Assembly: GCA_050613775.1 (NCBI GenBank)
Contig: JBODTK010000153.1
Coordinates: forward strand, 310,001 to 374,000
Direction: 5' to 3'
DNA length: 64,000 bases
DNA from: Neocallimastix sp. 'constans'
Taxonomy: Eukaryota
Shown here: in pieces, positions 1 to 13,657 of the stretch
How the letters are laid out: the number at the start of each line of letters is the position of its first letter
Position numbering within the stretch: the stretch's first letter is position 1
Made by a program: the position numbers and the translations under genes
The notes under the pieces: generated by a model
The model's input: only the letters and a program-made list of their open reading frames with translations
What the model was told of the DNA's origin: nothing
Database searches by the model: none

Positions 1-83
1 TGTAATAAAAGCTAACTTACATTTTAATTAATTATAAATTATTAAATATAATTAATAAAAATAAATAAAATTGAAAAAAATAG

Positions 84-182
<99 letters not shown>

Positions 183-366
183 GTTGTATCAATTATATTG
201 TATGTTCTTTTTATCGATACAATGCAATAAAATAATTTATTAAACAAAAAAACATATATTATCCATATTATTGTATTAAAGCAATTTTAAACTAAATTAT
301 TTTTTCATTTTTGACATGTTTTAATTTAATTTAAAAATTTATAATTCGAACAAAAATTTGGAAAAT

Positions 367-410
<44 letters not shown>

Positions 411-774
411 ATAAATAATGCACAATACGAATAATAAATTTTTAAGCAAATTACTGTATATAAATAAACTTAAGTTTAATATTTTTGTTTAATTATTATT
501 TATTCTTTTTTAATTAAAATTGTTGGATTTATGATTAATTTTAATGCTATTTGACAAAAGATATTAAAGTCTACAAGAAAAAAAAAAAAAAAAAAAAGAA
601 AAGATATTTAAAAGTATATAAGAAAAGAAAAAAGTGATAAATAGTAATACGTTTCGTTAAGAAAATCCATAACTAATTAAAAAAATGTAAAATATTAAAT
701 AATATCTTTTTAAGTTTTTATTTTTTTATATTTTGATATATACTTGTCATCAGTAGCTCTCTTGAGTTACTCTA

Positions 775-1402
775 TTATTGATTCATTAGAAAATATTTCG
801 CAAGCAAGAATTTCCACATCTAAGAAGTTTATTTGCTTCTCTGGTACCCCTTTGAATAGATAGTTTAATCTTTCCTTGTTACTAAGCTTATTATTTATTT
901 TTTTTTTTTTTAACTTTTGTAGGTTGTTAATTCATCAATATATTTCAAGGTTTTTACATTGCTTTCTCAGCCTTCATACTTTCTAACTTTCTGAAGAGCT
1001 TTTAGTACCTCATTGATTTCTTCTTCATGATACGTATTCTTGAGTACTTCCACTACTAAATATGTAAAATTCTTTTCTTTCTTTTTGCATCTGACCAAGG
1101 ATTTTATATTTTATTTTTTATATCCATTAAAAAGTTTAGAATCTTAAAATTGTTCATTTTGTGTTCTTTAATTTTTCTTTTACCTTCCTCAGATAAGGTA
1201 CCCTTTCACTCTGTCATTTTTAATGGAATATTCAATTTTTGTTTCTTTTATATGATTATCTATATTTTTTTTTTTTTTTTTTTTCAGTGTACTCACTTAA
1301 TTCAGCTCCTTGGAGTTCTAAAATGAAGTCTTTGTATCATTTATTGTAGTTGTCCTCAATCAGGATTCCATTCTATTTAGAATTATTTGTCATTTCAGTC
1401 AT
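775..1402 (-). pseudogene. Degraded LTR-retrotransposon gag-like remnant (Ty1/copia-like N-terminus)
   Basis: Minus strand from ATG 1402 reads MTEMTNNSK*NGILIEDNYNK*YKDFILELQGAELSEYTEK, resembling the copia Gag 'L...NY..W....L....L..Y' start if the TGA is a mutated TGG. Stops and frameshifts follow. Confidence 0.45.
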
Positions 1403-2006
1403 CTTATAGATATATTTACTATTACTAAAATCATTTAATAAATTAATATTATATATTAATTACTAAATTATATAAGAAATATTTTAAATATCAATTCCCT
1501 AATTCCTAATATTAGAAATTAGGGAATTAATATTATTAAAAATATCATCTTTTTAGATAAAATTATTATTAAAAAAAAAATGATAATAACTCAATTTTTT
1601 AGATATGAAATAATTATAAAATTTTTAAGTTTAATATATATTGATAATCAGATACATTTTTTTAAAATAAAAACTTGGGTTGCTTCGGTATAAATATACA
1701 ATTATAAATATATCTTTTTAAATAAATTTTAATAAAATTATATATTTATATAGTTTATTATATAATATACATATATACATATATATTATTTAATTAACAA
1801 TTATTCCTTATAAACCTTTTTAATTGAGAAATAGAAAGAAATAGAAATAATAATTTTAATTTAAAAAACAGAAAAGAAAAAAAAAAAAAAAAAACATAAT
1901 TAAATTTTAATAATTCATATTATAATTTATGTGACATAAATAATAAAAAAAAAATATATATATATATATATATTTAAAAATACTTTTATATATAAAAAGT
2001 TTTAAC

Positions 2007-2369
2007 GGGTGTGGGGCATTTCGCCAAATTGCATTTCGCCAGATTGCATTTCGCCAATTTTTTTGAAAGCATGTGGCGTATTAAAAAAATGTGGCATTTC
2101 GCCAAATTGAAAATTATTAAATAAATTATTAAATAAATAAATAAATCAATAAATAAAATTAAATATTATTAATATCACATAAAAACAATTTTAAAAAAAA
2201 TATATTTTGAATTAATATTTATTTATTTATTCATTTATTTATGTCAATACTCTACTTGTCGAAATGCAACCTGGCGAAAAGCAACTTGGGGAAATGCAAC
2301 ATTTTAATACTACGTCACTTGGCGAAATGCAACCTGGCGAAATGCAATTTGGGGAAATGCAACTCTCCC
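2007..2369. mobile_element. Non-autonomous Mutator-like / foldback MITE
   Basis: Imperfect TIRs start GGG (left GGGTGTGGGGCATTTCGCCAAATTGCATTTCGCCAG; right, reverse-complemented, GGGAGAGTTGCATTTCCCCAAATTGCATTTCGCCAG) and are built of ~15-bp TTGCATTTCGCCA(A/G) subrepeats. Perfect 9-bp TSD AGTTTTAAC at 1998-2006 and 2370-2378. Confidence 0.9.
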
Positions 2370-3629
2370 AGTTTTAACAGGTTTATTTTAATGTAATTTT
2401 TTTTTTTTTTTTTTTTTTAATTTTAATCAATAACATAACCATACAATAATATAAAAAAAAGTGAAATAAAGATTAGGTCTTTCTTAACAATGGACTATTA
2501 ATAAATTATAATTACATATAAATATATATGTAAAATCCACATAATAAAATAACACAAATATACATATACATAATTGAAATTATATAATAAATTAATAAAT
2601 TTTTTATTGGTAATTTTAATATAATATTAGTCATTTTGATTATATAAATTTTAATTATTTTTTTTATTAAAAAAAAAATTAAAATTCTTTTATTTATAAT
2701 TTTTATATTTTATATTATAGCTATTGACTTTTTATTATTTATTGTTTATATATCATAATAATTAAACTACATATAAAGAATATATTTAATTTATAAATTA
2801 TTTATTAATATTATAGTATAACTATTAATTACATATCTCTTATTAATATGAATGAATGAATTTTTTTTTATTTTTTAATTTTTTTATATACTATTTAAAT
2901 TGTTTTTTTTAAAAAAAAAAGTTTTATCTATTCAATCTTTTAATATATGTACGATGGAATACATAAAGATTTAGATTATCATATAGATTATATATATTTA
3001 TATTAAGTTCATGTTACATAGAAATGTAATAAATAATTATTAATCTAACGTTATAATTATTATAGGCGGAATTATTTCCACCTATATAATTTTTTATAAT
3101 TAAGTTTGTAGTTAAAATATTTTCATTTTATATTGTAACTTATAATAATAATATATTAAACATCTAAATACAAAATAATAATATATCCATTTATATTTTA
3201 TTATTAATCCTTCTATTTATTATTTATTATAATATATGTGGAGTTAATTCCATATATATCATTTTTATGGAATATTTTTTAATTAAAGTTTTTTATTTTG
3301 TTGCTTATAAATGAATTTTTAAAAAAACTGAATATTAATTTTGGATTTAATAATATATTTATATAAATACATATTATATTATGATGATTGATAATCATCT
3401 TTTTTTTAAATATTAGAGCTTTTCTTTTTTCTTTTTTTTTTTAAATGATTTAAAGATTAAAATTTTATTAATAATAGTTTTATTTAAATAAATTATATTA
3501 AAATTATAATTATTAAAGTTTTAATTTATATTTTTAATAACCCCAATAACAATTCATTAATAGACATTTGTTAATTCAACAAAAATGCTTTTTAATTATA
3601 CGTAGATTATAATAAATGCTTATATTAAA

Positions 3630-3800
3630 TAATAAATACTAAATAATAAATAATAAATAATTGAATAATAAATAATAAATAATAAATAATAAATAATAAA
3701 TAATAAATAATAAATAATAAATAATAAATAATAAATAATAAATAATAAATATAAATAATAAATATAAATAATAAATATAAATAATAAATAATATTTAATA
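3630..3800. repeat. (AATAAAT)n heptamer microsatellite
   Basis: Tandem aataaat units read directly. A similar array lies at ~44160-44355. Confidence 0.85.
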
Positions 3801-4104
3801 AATCGAAATAATAAATAATAATAACTAAAAAATCAATAATAATAAATAATAAATACTAAATCTTTAATCATAAATCGTAAATAATATTAAATAATGAATC
3901 GAAAATTATAAATAATAATAAATAGTAAATCAAAAATAATAGAAAATAAATAATAACTAATAAACAATAAAATATAAACATTATTTAATAAAATTATTAT
4001 GTAATATTCCATTGTTGAATAATAATCATAATCTTCAAGACATAAAATACTATTATAAAATATATTAATTTATATAAATGTAATTATATATGTTATACTT
4101 CAAT

Positions 4105-4258
4105 ATATTTTAAAAAATTGGTAATGATTTCTAATTTTTTTTTTTTTTTTTAAAAAAGAAGAAAAATTTAAATGTTATATTTTTTAAAAAATTGGTAATG
4201 ATTTCTAATTTTTTTTTTTTTTTTAAAAAAGAAGAAAAATTTAAATGTTATATTTTTT
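4105..4258. repeat. Local tandem duplication (~75-bp unit, 2 copies)
   Basis: taaaaaattggtaatgatttctaa(T)n aaaaaagaagaaaaatttaaatgttatattttt occurs twice in succession. Confidence 0.85.
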
Positions 4259-4387
4259 GAAGTTTAATTTCATCATATATTATATCATTGAAAGAAAAAA
4301 ATAAATTAGTAATATTAAATGAAATATGGGAAAAAAAAAAAGAAAGTAAAAAACAAAAAAAAAATAATTATTTATAATTATTTTTTT

Positions 4388-4429
<42 letters not shown>

Positions 4430-6139
4430 TTTTTGGTAATTCCAGTAATTATAATTAGTAATTAGTAATTCAGATAAATCTATTCTATTCTTATTCTTAT
4501 TAATATTTTTATTATTTTAACTTCAATTAGTAATAATGTATATATATATATATAATGAATTAGAAAAATATTAATGAAAAATACTTGAAATAATTAATAT
4601 GCTTTAGAATAATCAGCTATAAAAATTATATATTATTGTTAAAGAATAAACGAAACTTTAATATATAAAAAATATATTTTTTTACGGTATGTAATAATTC
4701 AATTAATAATAATCACTTGTATAGAGACATTGGATTAATTAATTTTTTTTTTTTTTTTTGTAATAATAATCACTTGTATAGAGACATTGGATTAATTCAA
4801 TTTTTTTTTTTTTTCTTTTTTTTTTGTTATTGTTAATTTCTATTATTAGTAATGGTGTTTATTTTAATCTAATTATTTATATTTAATTATAATATTTGAT
4901 CATTAGAGTTGAAGAAATTTAAAATTCTAATATATTAATTAAAAGGAATTTATATATAATCTTTATTAATTTTTATTTATATATAACTTTTTTTTTCATA
5001 AGAATTAATAAATGTTACATGTAACTATATCACGTGATATAATAGTTCTATTTATTTTAATTGGATACATTTTTTAAATTATTTAATAATAAAAAAAGAA
5101 TATTAATAATAAATAAAGAATTAAATGTAATAATTTTAATTGAATAATAATAATAATAATAATAATAATTAATAATTAAGAATAATTAAGAATAATAGTA
5201 AGAACAATATTTATAAGAATAATAAGAGAATATTAATGAAAATTGATTTTAGATATCTATTTATTATATTTTTTTGATAGCTTTCTAATATTTATTAGCT
5301 ATTCTTTAATATGACATAATTTGTTATTAATATATTTATATAATAGTATATTAAAAAAAAAAAAAAGATACTTTTCATTTTCTTTATTTATTTATTAATT
5401 TTTTTTTTTTTAATTTCTTTTATTTTATTTTATGTCACCTCTTTTTTTTCATTTCATTTTAATTAATATCTTTTTTTATTTATTTCGATTAATACTTATT
5501 TTATTTGATTAGTTTTACCATTACTTTTAATTTATTTCATATATTTTATTTGATTAGTTTTACCATTACTTTTAATTTATTTCAACTTTTTCTTCTTTTT
5601 ATTATCTTTATTAATACTACTTAAGTTTATAATTATTTATCTTTACTAATTTTAATTATAATATAGATATCTTATATTTTTAATTATTAAAAAGATATAT
5701 TAATATTAAATAAAACTTCAAATAAATTATAAGTATTTATTATTATTATTCTTCTTGAAATTTGAATATTTATTCAACAAATTTTTATCAATATTTAATA
5801 AAATATAATGAGTTATGAAATTTATATTAATTAGATAATCTAAATTTTATAATTAATATGTTTTAAAGTTATTATTTATACATGGTTCAAAATATATAAA
5901 TTTAGGTAATTTTTAATTAATATGTGGCTAATATTAATTAATTTATATATTAAAAAGTAAATATGGCTAAAAATGATTTATTTATGGTCTTATTCTAAAA
6001 ATGCTTATCATTAAAATCGTGTTATCAGAATTCAAAATTATATTTATTATTGAATAAAGTTATTTAAGAATAAAGATAAGAAAAAGACCTCAAAAATTAA
6101 TATTTGATCATATTTGTTGGCTCATGATGAACATTATGT

Positions 6140-6220
<81 letters not shown>

Positions 6221-7639
6221 AGTAAATCATAATAAGATGTAATAAAATAGTAATTATAATAATAGTTGTAATAATCAAAATAAAAATTATAATAATTAAT
6301 AATAATAATTATAATAATTATAACAATAGATATATATAATCTTAATTTTGCAATTTATATATTATTAAAATTATTTTAAGGCAAAGTGTAATAAAATTGA
6401 AGTTTAAAAAGTAAAATAGACCTTGTTAAAAGAAAGGATATATAAATGAAACATGGCAAAGTTGAATTCTAATAAAATTAAAATGAATTTTTGAATTACA
6501 TGTAATTTTAATGTATTTGTTAATATATTTTTTATAAAATAGTATTTGTTTTTTTTTTAAATAAAAAAAGTTTTACTTTTTATTAATAAAAATAATAACA
6601 AATAAAGTTTTAATTTAATTTAATTTAATTAAAATCTAATAACTTTATTAAATTTTGTATTATATAAAATTTAATTTAATAAATGTTTTTTAAAAATAAT
6701 ATTTATTACTATTTATTTTTTATTTTATTATTATTTTTTTTTATTTTGGGTTTATATTATTATAGAAAAAGTTTTTTATTTGCTATTTATTTATGTATTA
6801 TTTTTTTCTTTATAAAATATCATTGATTTATTTTAAACAACTTTTTACTTTTCATTTTATTTTATAGTTCTTATAAATAAAAAAGGTCAATTTTAATTAC
6901 ATTTTAAAGAATAGAATTTTTTATTAAAAAAAAATAACAAGAACTATTAATTAAATTCAATGTAATATGTTTAAAAAGTGTGGACTGTTTTTTTATCATA
7001 GTTAATATTTTATATTTAAGTAGAATAAAAATTTTAAATCTATTTCATATATGGAATACTTCTTATTTTCAATATTATATATTTTATGATATTTTTTTAC
7101 ATCCTAATATTTTTTTTTAAAGATGATTTTAAGACCTTTATTAATTTTTAATTAAAGAGTAAACAGAATTTTTTATTTTTTTTTTAATTTTATTTTTTAT
7201 TTGAAGTAATTATTCATTTTTTCATTTTTTAATTTTTTTATAATTATATAAATATTTTGAATTAAAGTTCTATATTGTAATATATTTGATTTTAATTCTT
7301 TATTTAAATTTTATACAATTTTTTTTAATTAAAAATGATTATTTAAAATATTTTAACATATAGAAAGTTATTATTAGTATTTTTTTTTTTTTTTTTAAAA
7401 AAATAATATTTGTAAAAATAAAAATAATTATATATTTATAAAAATACTTATTAATTTTTTATTTTATTTTATTTTATATAAATTCCATTTAAAAGGGATA
7501 TATAAGGAAAATATTATTTATTGTGAGAACAAAATTTCATGAATACCACTCAATTTTTTATTTATATTATTTTAAATAATAAAATATAAAATATTTTTTT
7601 TTCTTTTTTTTTTTTTTTTTTTTTTTTTTTTGGATATAA

Positions 7640-7676
<37 letters not shown>

Positions 7677-10208
7677 TATAATTTTATTTACACTTATTTA
7701 ACTAATTTATTAAGAGAGTTATTTATTTAGTTTAATATTTTCTATTTCATTTTTATTACTGATTCCTATTTTTTATTTTTTTTTTCAACGTATTTCTATT
7801 TTTTTTTTATTTCAGTTCTTATTATTTATTTGTACTTTTTATTTTTTATTTGTATTTCTTATTTCTATATATATTATTCTCATATAGTATAAATTATTAT
7901 AATATATATAATTAAATTTTTATTGATAATATATATATATATATACAAATTTATTAAAAATTCATATTATAAATTATTAATGAATTATGTAAAAATTAAT
8001 ACCAAAATTTTTTTAAAAAAAAATTAATTATATTAATAAATATGAATATTAATATGAATATAATTTTTTAATTATTAATAAGAGTTATAATAAATTTATA
8101 TAATTTTTTACCTTTTAATATCTTAAATTTTAATATTTGTAATTTATAATATTTAATCAACAATTACTATTTGAATTATAGTTATTTTAAAGAGTAAAAT
8201 GGTATATAAGTAGAAAATAAATAATAATGATCATAGTAATTACTTTTAATTGTGATCCAAGCTATATTGTTCATATATAGAGAAAGATAAAGAGTATTAA
8301 CAATTATTATTATTTTTATAGTATAGTATATATTTTATATCTATAGAGAAAAAATGATAAAATATTTAAATTTTTTATTTTTATATTTTTTTGTAGTTAA
8401 AAAATTATATTATTTTTTTTAAAGAATAATGTAATCCATATTAATAATTTTTAATTTAATTAACTAACTAAACACAAAAAGAAATATATTTTTATTTGAT
8501 TAATTAATATATTCATTTAAAAGCTGACTTTTAAATATTTATTATAAATAAGTATTATGAATTAATAATATATATATATTTTCCTCATTCTTCAACCATT
8601 AAAAAATCAAACCAAAAAAAAAAAAAAAAAAAAAAAAGAATTTTAGATTTAGGAAGATAACATTCATATAACCAAAACAATATTTAGATTTAGATAATGA
8701 TCATAAGTTCATAAGATTTATTATTTTGAATATTATTTATCCCCTATAATTGACATAGAAATATTTAACTTAAAAATAAAAACCTAATATAAATTTATGA
8801 ATTAACATTTATTATGAATTAATAATGTGAAAAAATATAAAAAATATAATATAGGATAATATACTTTTTTATTTAAACTAATAATATTTCATATATTTTT
8901 AAATTAAATATTATAATACTTATAACAAGTATTATTATTTTTATTATAATTTAAATTATAAATATTTTTTGGATAATTATAATGATTATTTTTTATTTTA
9001 TTTTATTTTTTTTTTTTTTTTTTAAAATATTTATGTGTGTAAATTAATTTATGTAATATCAAAAAACTTTTCTCTTATATTCATAAAAAAATATTAATGC
9101 ATTAATTAAAAGTAACCATTTTTTATATATGGTTATTATTTATATTATTATATAAATATAATAGTTATTATTATCAGTTGTTATTTATATATATATTTAT
9201 ATTTTTAGTTCATGCCAATATAAATTTAAAATTGAAAAGACATTTAAATCATCATGATTTATTATAATATATCTATATGTATATTAATAGTATCAACATA
9301 CTCTATATAATTATAAATACAAATATTAATGGTAAAAATAATTTAAAAAAAAGAAATAGAAAGAACAAAAAAAAAAAAGATTCCATTTTTGTTAATACTT
9401 ATTGAACTTATTTTAATATATTTTAATTAATTTCATATTTAATTTATTAATTGCTAATTACATATATTATAATAAATTAACATTATATATATTATATATT
9501 AATAAACTGATATAATATATTATAGTATATGTATATTCATATTCATATTTATATTGAAAATTCAATAAATCTATTAAAAAAATATAATTTGTTAAAAAAA
9601 GATTACAATTTAACTGAATATAGAGTATACAATAAATAATATATATACAATATATATTAATATATTATATAATTATTTTACATAGATCTTTTTTTTAATA
9701 ATAAACTTTTTTTGGGTTGATTTATTATTATATATATTTATAAAAAATATAGTTTATATATAAATAAAATATTATACAGTAATAATTAAAAATCTATATA
9801 TTACTATATTAAACAAAAAAAAAAAAAGGTATAATAATTAATTTGGTCCTCTTCAAATAGAACATCAATAAATTATAACATGTAATATTTAATAAATGGT
9901 CAATACATATATACTAATTTATTCTATTAGTAGATCTATTTTTTTAATGTAATTACAATAATATATTACAATAAACTCTATTAATGTATTAATATATATT
10001 TAATAAAGGTTTTTTAAGTTTTTTTTATTTATTTATTAATAAATAATAATATGTAGTAGCACTACAACAAATAGTTAAAAAAAAAATTATATATAAGTAT
10101 TAAAAAAGGATCCATTAATTTTTTTTTTTTTTTTAAAAAGCTATAAAGAAGATAATAATTTTTATTTAATAGTAAAAAACTTAAATAAAAAAGTAGTAAA
10201 TAGTAAAC

Positions 10209-12503
10209 ATGTCTACCTTTAACTTAATTAGAAACCCACTCAGTAACAGAGGTTAATATTAAATAGTTTTGAAAGAAAGTAAAAAAAAAAAAAAAAAGAA
10301 AAATTAAAGAAAAAGAAGAGTAATAAGAAATATTCTGAAAATTTTGAAATAATATATGTTTTAATAAATTGAGTATAATGTTATTTATTAAAAACAAACA
10401 AAATAAAAGCGAAAAGAAAGGAAAAGAAAAAAAAAAAAAAAGAAGTAGAATTTACGTTTTTATTTTAAATATATATACTTTATTGAATATATGTTATTAT
10501 TAAAAGAAATATAAAAGAAATATAATATATATATTTATCACAAAATAAAATAATAAAAAAAATATTAAATAGTAGGAAAATATGAGTATTTGTTTTGTAA
10601 TAAATTAGAAATTATTTTTTGTTTTTAAATAGTATTAATAAATTGTAAAAATAATTAACAAATAAATATAGTAAAAAGTTGAGATATTTATGTAATATTA
10701 TTTATAGAATTAATAATTTAGTTTTTATTGATTTTATTAACTTTTATTGTAATTGTTTTGTTACAATATTATTATGTATTGATGGTGAAAGTAGTTAAAA
10801 GGCATTTTTTCAATGAAGTTTATTTAAGAATAATATGATTAATAATATATTACCTTATTATGTATAAATATAATTGAAAACTTTCAGGTACTGCTCAATC
10901 AATTGAAGACAGATGTAATAATAAGACTTATGGTATTATTCCATCTGCTGTAGAAACTCTTGAACAACAATCTGCTCGTTGTTTAGAACAAGTTAGATCT
11001 AAGAGTTCTGATCTTGAAAGATACATTTATTTATCTAACTTAAGAAACAGTAATGTTACTTTATTTTACAGATTATTAATGGATAACTTTGAAGAATTAG
11101 TCCCAATTGTTTACACCCCAACTGTTGGTGAAGCTTGTGTTAAGTTCTCTCATATCTACAACCCAGCTAACTGTGATGGTTTATATATTTCTATTAAGGA
11201 TAAGGGTAATGTTTCTAAGGTCTTAGATAACTGGCCATATCCAGATCCAGATATTACTGTTGTTACTGATGGTTCTCGTATTCTTGGTCTTGGTGATTTA
11301 GGTATTAACGGTATGGGTATCCCAATCGGTAAATTATCTCTTTACATTGGTGCTGCTGGTATTAACCCACTCCGTACTCTTCCAATCACTTTAGATCTTG
11401 GTACTAACACTCCAAAGCACTTAGAAGATCCAATGTATATTGGTCTTAGACAAAACAGACCAGAAGATCCAGAATTCTTCGAATTCCTTGATGAAGTTAT
11501 GGATGCTCTTTCTGCTAAATGGCCAAACCTTATTATTCAACACGAAGATTTCTCTGGTATTCACGCTTTCGCTTTATTAGATAGACAAAGAAGCAAGTAC
11601 AGTATGTTCAATGATGATATTCAAGGTACTGGTGCTGTTATTCTTTCAGGTTTAATTAATGCTTTCCGTGAATCTGGTGTTCCACTTAAGGATCAAAAGA
11701 TTTTATTCTTAGGTGCTGGTTCCGCTGGTGTTGGTGTTGCCAGTCAAATTCGTGATCACTTTGTTCATGCTGGTAATATGTCTGTTGAAGAAGCTACTTC
11801 TCACTTCTGGCTTGTTGATACAAAGGGTCTTATTACTGCTGATCGTGGTGATAACCTTGCTGAACACAAGAAGAAGTTCATGCGTAACGATAACAATGGC
11901 CAACAATTCAAGGACTTAGAATCTACTTTAGAATACGTTAAGCCAACTTGTTTAATTGGTTTAAGTACTCAAGGTGGTGTATTCACTCCAAAGATTATTA
12001 GTAGAATGGCTGAATTAAATAAAAAGCCAATTATTTTCCCACTTTCCAACCCATTAAAGAACTCTGAATGTACTTTTGAAGCTGCTATGCAAAATTCTGA
12101 ATGCAGAGTCCTCTTCGCTTCAGGTACTATGTTCCCAGCTTACACTGATCCAGCTTCCAAGAAGACTTATTACCCAGGTCAAGGTAACAACATGTACGTT
12201 TTCCCAGGTATTGGTCTTGGTGCTATTCTTGCTCAAGCTTCTACTATCAGTGATGATGTTATCTACACTTCTTCTGTTGCTTTAGCTAACACACTTACTG
12301 ATGATGAAAAGGCTTCTAATTTATTATACCCACGTTTATGCAGAATCCGTGAAGTTAGTACTAGAATTGCTGCCGAAGTTATTAAAGAATGTGTTAAGGA
12401 AGGTGTTGCTAAGAACCAAGAAGTTATTGACATTGTAAATTCTGGTGATGATGCTAAGCTTATTAGTTACGTTCAATCTAAGCAATACAACCCAGCTTAC
12501 TAA
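10209..12503 (+). CDS. Malic enzyme (malate dehydrogenase, decarboxylating), ~552 aa; exons 10209-10251 and 10888-12503
   Basis: Exon 1 MSTFNLIRNPLSNR-G joins exon 2 (G)TAQSIEDR across a GT..CAG intron, restoring the conserved N(K/R)GTA motif. Also YTPTVG, VTDGSRILGLGDLG, GIPIGKL, FNDDIQGTG, GAGSAG (Rossmann), LSNP and GQGNN.YVFPG. Confidence 0.96.
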
Positions 12504-12932
12504 GTTTAATAAAATGTATTTATAAATAATATAAGATTCTTTATAAATCCTATCTATTTAAACTAAACGTTTACGATAAACAAGCGTCTAAAAAAAAAGA
12601 AAAAAATTTATATTAAAGATAATATATTATATGTGATTATTACACAATAAAAACTTTAAAATTAAAAATATAAAAAAAAAAAATAAAAAAAAATTTATTT
12701 ATTTTTTTTTTATTGAATTATTTAAAGTGGGAGACCTTTTTTTTTATTTTATAATTTATTTTGTTAGCAAGTAAATATATATATCTTTTTTTTTTTTTTT
12801 TTTTTTAAAAAATATAATATAGTATAATTTTCAATATTTAATAATAATTAATTAATTAATTAATTAATTAATAATAATAATAATAATAACAAAAATAAAG
12901 ATGTTAATAATGTAAAAATTTAAGCAAACAAT

Positions 12933-12967
<35 letters not shown>

Positions 12968-13008
12968 ACAATATATAAAACAAAATGTGAAAGAAAAACA
13001 AATTATAA

Positions 13009-13039
<31 letters not shown>

Positions 13040-13219
13040 TAAATAAAAAACAAAAATTAATTTATATATATATATAAATATACATAAATCGTGTTATTTA
13101 AAAAAAGTGTAATGTGTGAAATAAAATTTAAGAGTAATGGTTATAAATTATATTGTGTAATCTTGGTAGTGAAGTTGAAGTTGAAATTGATAAATGTATA
13201 TATGTATTGTATTGAAGAA

Positions 13220-13432
13220 TCTATTTTAAAGATGTTACTTCTAGGTTTTATTTCTTTTTTTATTTGTTAGGAAGGGAAAAATTCCCGCATAGTACAACTT
13301 GCCGAAATACATAGTATTTTCGAGCTTTTTTATTTTTTAATTTTTTTATTTTTAATTTTAAATGTACTTTTCACCTACATTTATTTTTTAAAATAAAATT
13401 AATAAAGTTTTGGAAGTGTATTCTCTTCTCTG

Positions 13433-13463
<31 letters not shown>
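13220..13463 (+). mobile_element. 5'-truncated LINE family A copy (3' UTR + poly-A only)
   Basis: Near-identical to 18302-18567 and ends in a poly-A tail. 14-bp TSD ATTGTATTGAAGAA at 13206-13219 and 13464-13477. Confidence 0.92.
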
Positions 13464-13467
<4 letters not shown>

Positions 13468-13477
13468 TATTGAAGAA

Positions 13478-13588
13478 GCGTCAGGTTTTATAAAACTTTG
13501 TTATGGTTATCTTGATCTTTCATATAGTTTCTATTGGCTATTGAGAGCACGAAACGGATATAGATTAGATGCTAGAATTGCTAAAGCT
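13478..13588 (+). mobile_element. LINE family B fragment, left part; interrupted by the family A insertion
   Basis: Matches 38200-38312 (YIKLCYEYPDRSYGFYWLLRARSGYRL.ARIAKA) and resumes at 18668. Confidence 0.88.
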
Positions 13589-13624
13589 TTGTGTTTTTTT
13601 TTTTTTGTTTTGTTTATTTTTTTA

Positions 13625-13657
<33 letters not shown>

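Noticed and set aside
2017..2362. CRISPR-like repeats
   Set aside because: The repeats are inverted between the two ends, lack unique spacers and are bounded by a TSD, so this is a MITE in eukaryotic DNA.
2400..10200. Hidden genes, tRNAs or rRNA in the long intergenic regions (also 23.2-31.8 kb and 44-48.3 kb)
   Set aside because: No GC-richer exon-like patches, cloverleaf motifs or conserved peptides seen. Very small exons or ncRNAs cannot be excluded by eye.
11709..12285. Short ORFs overlapping malic enzyme (and likewise within GSIII)
   Set aside because: Shadow frames produced by strong codon bias, with no independent motifs.
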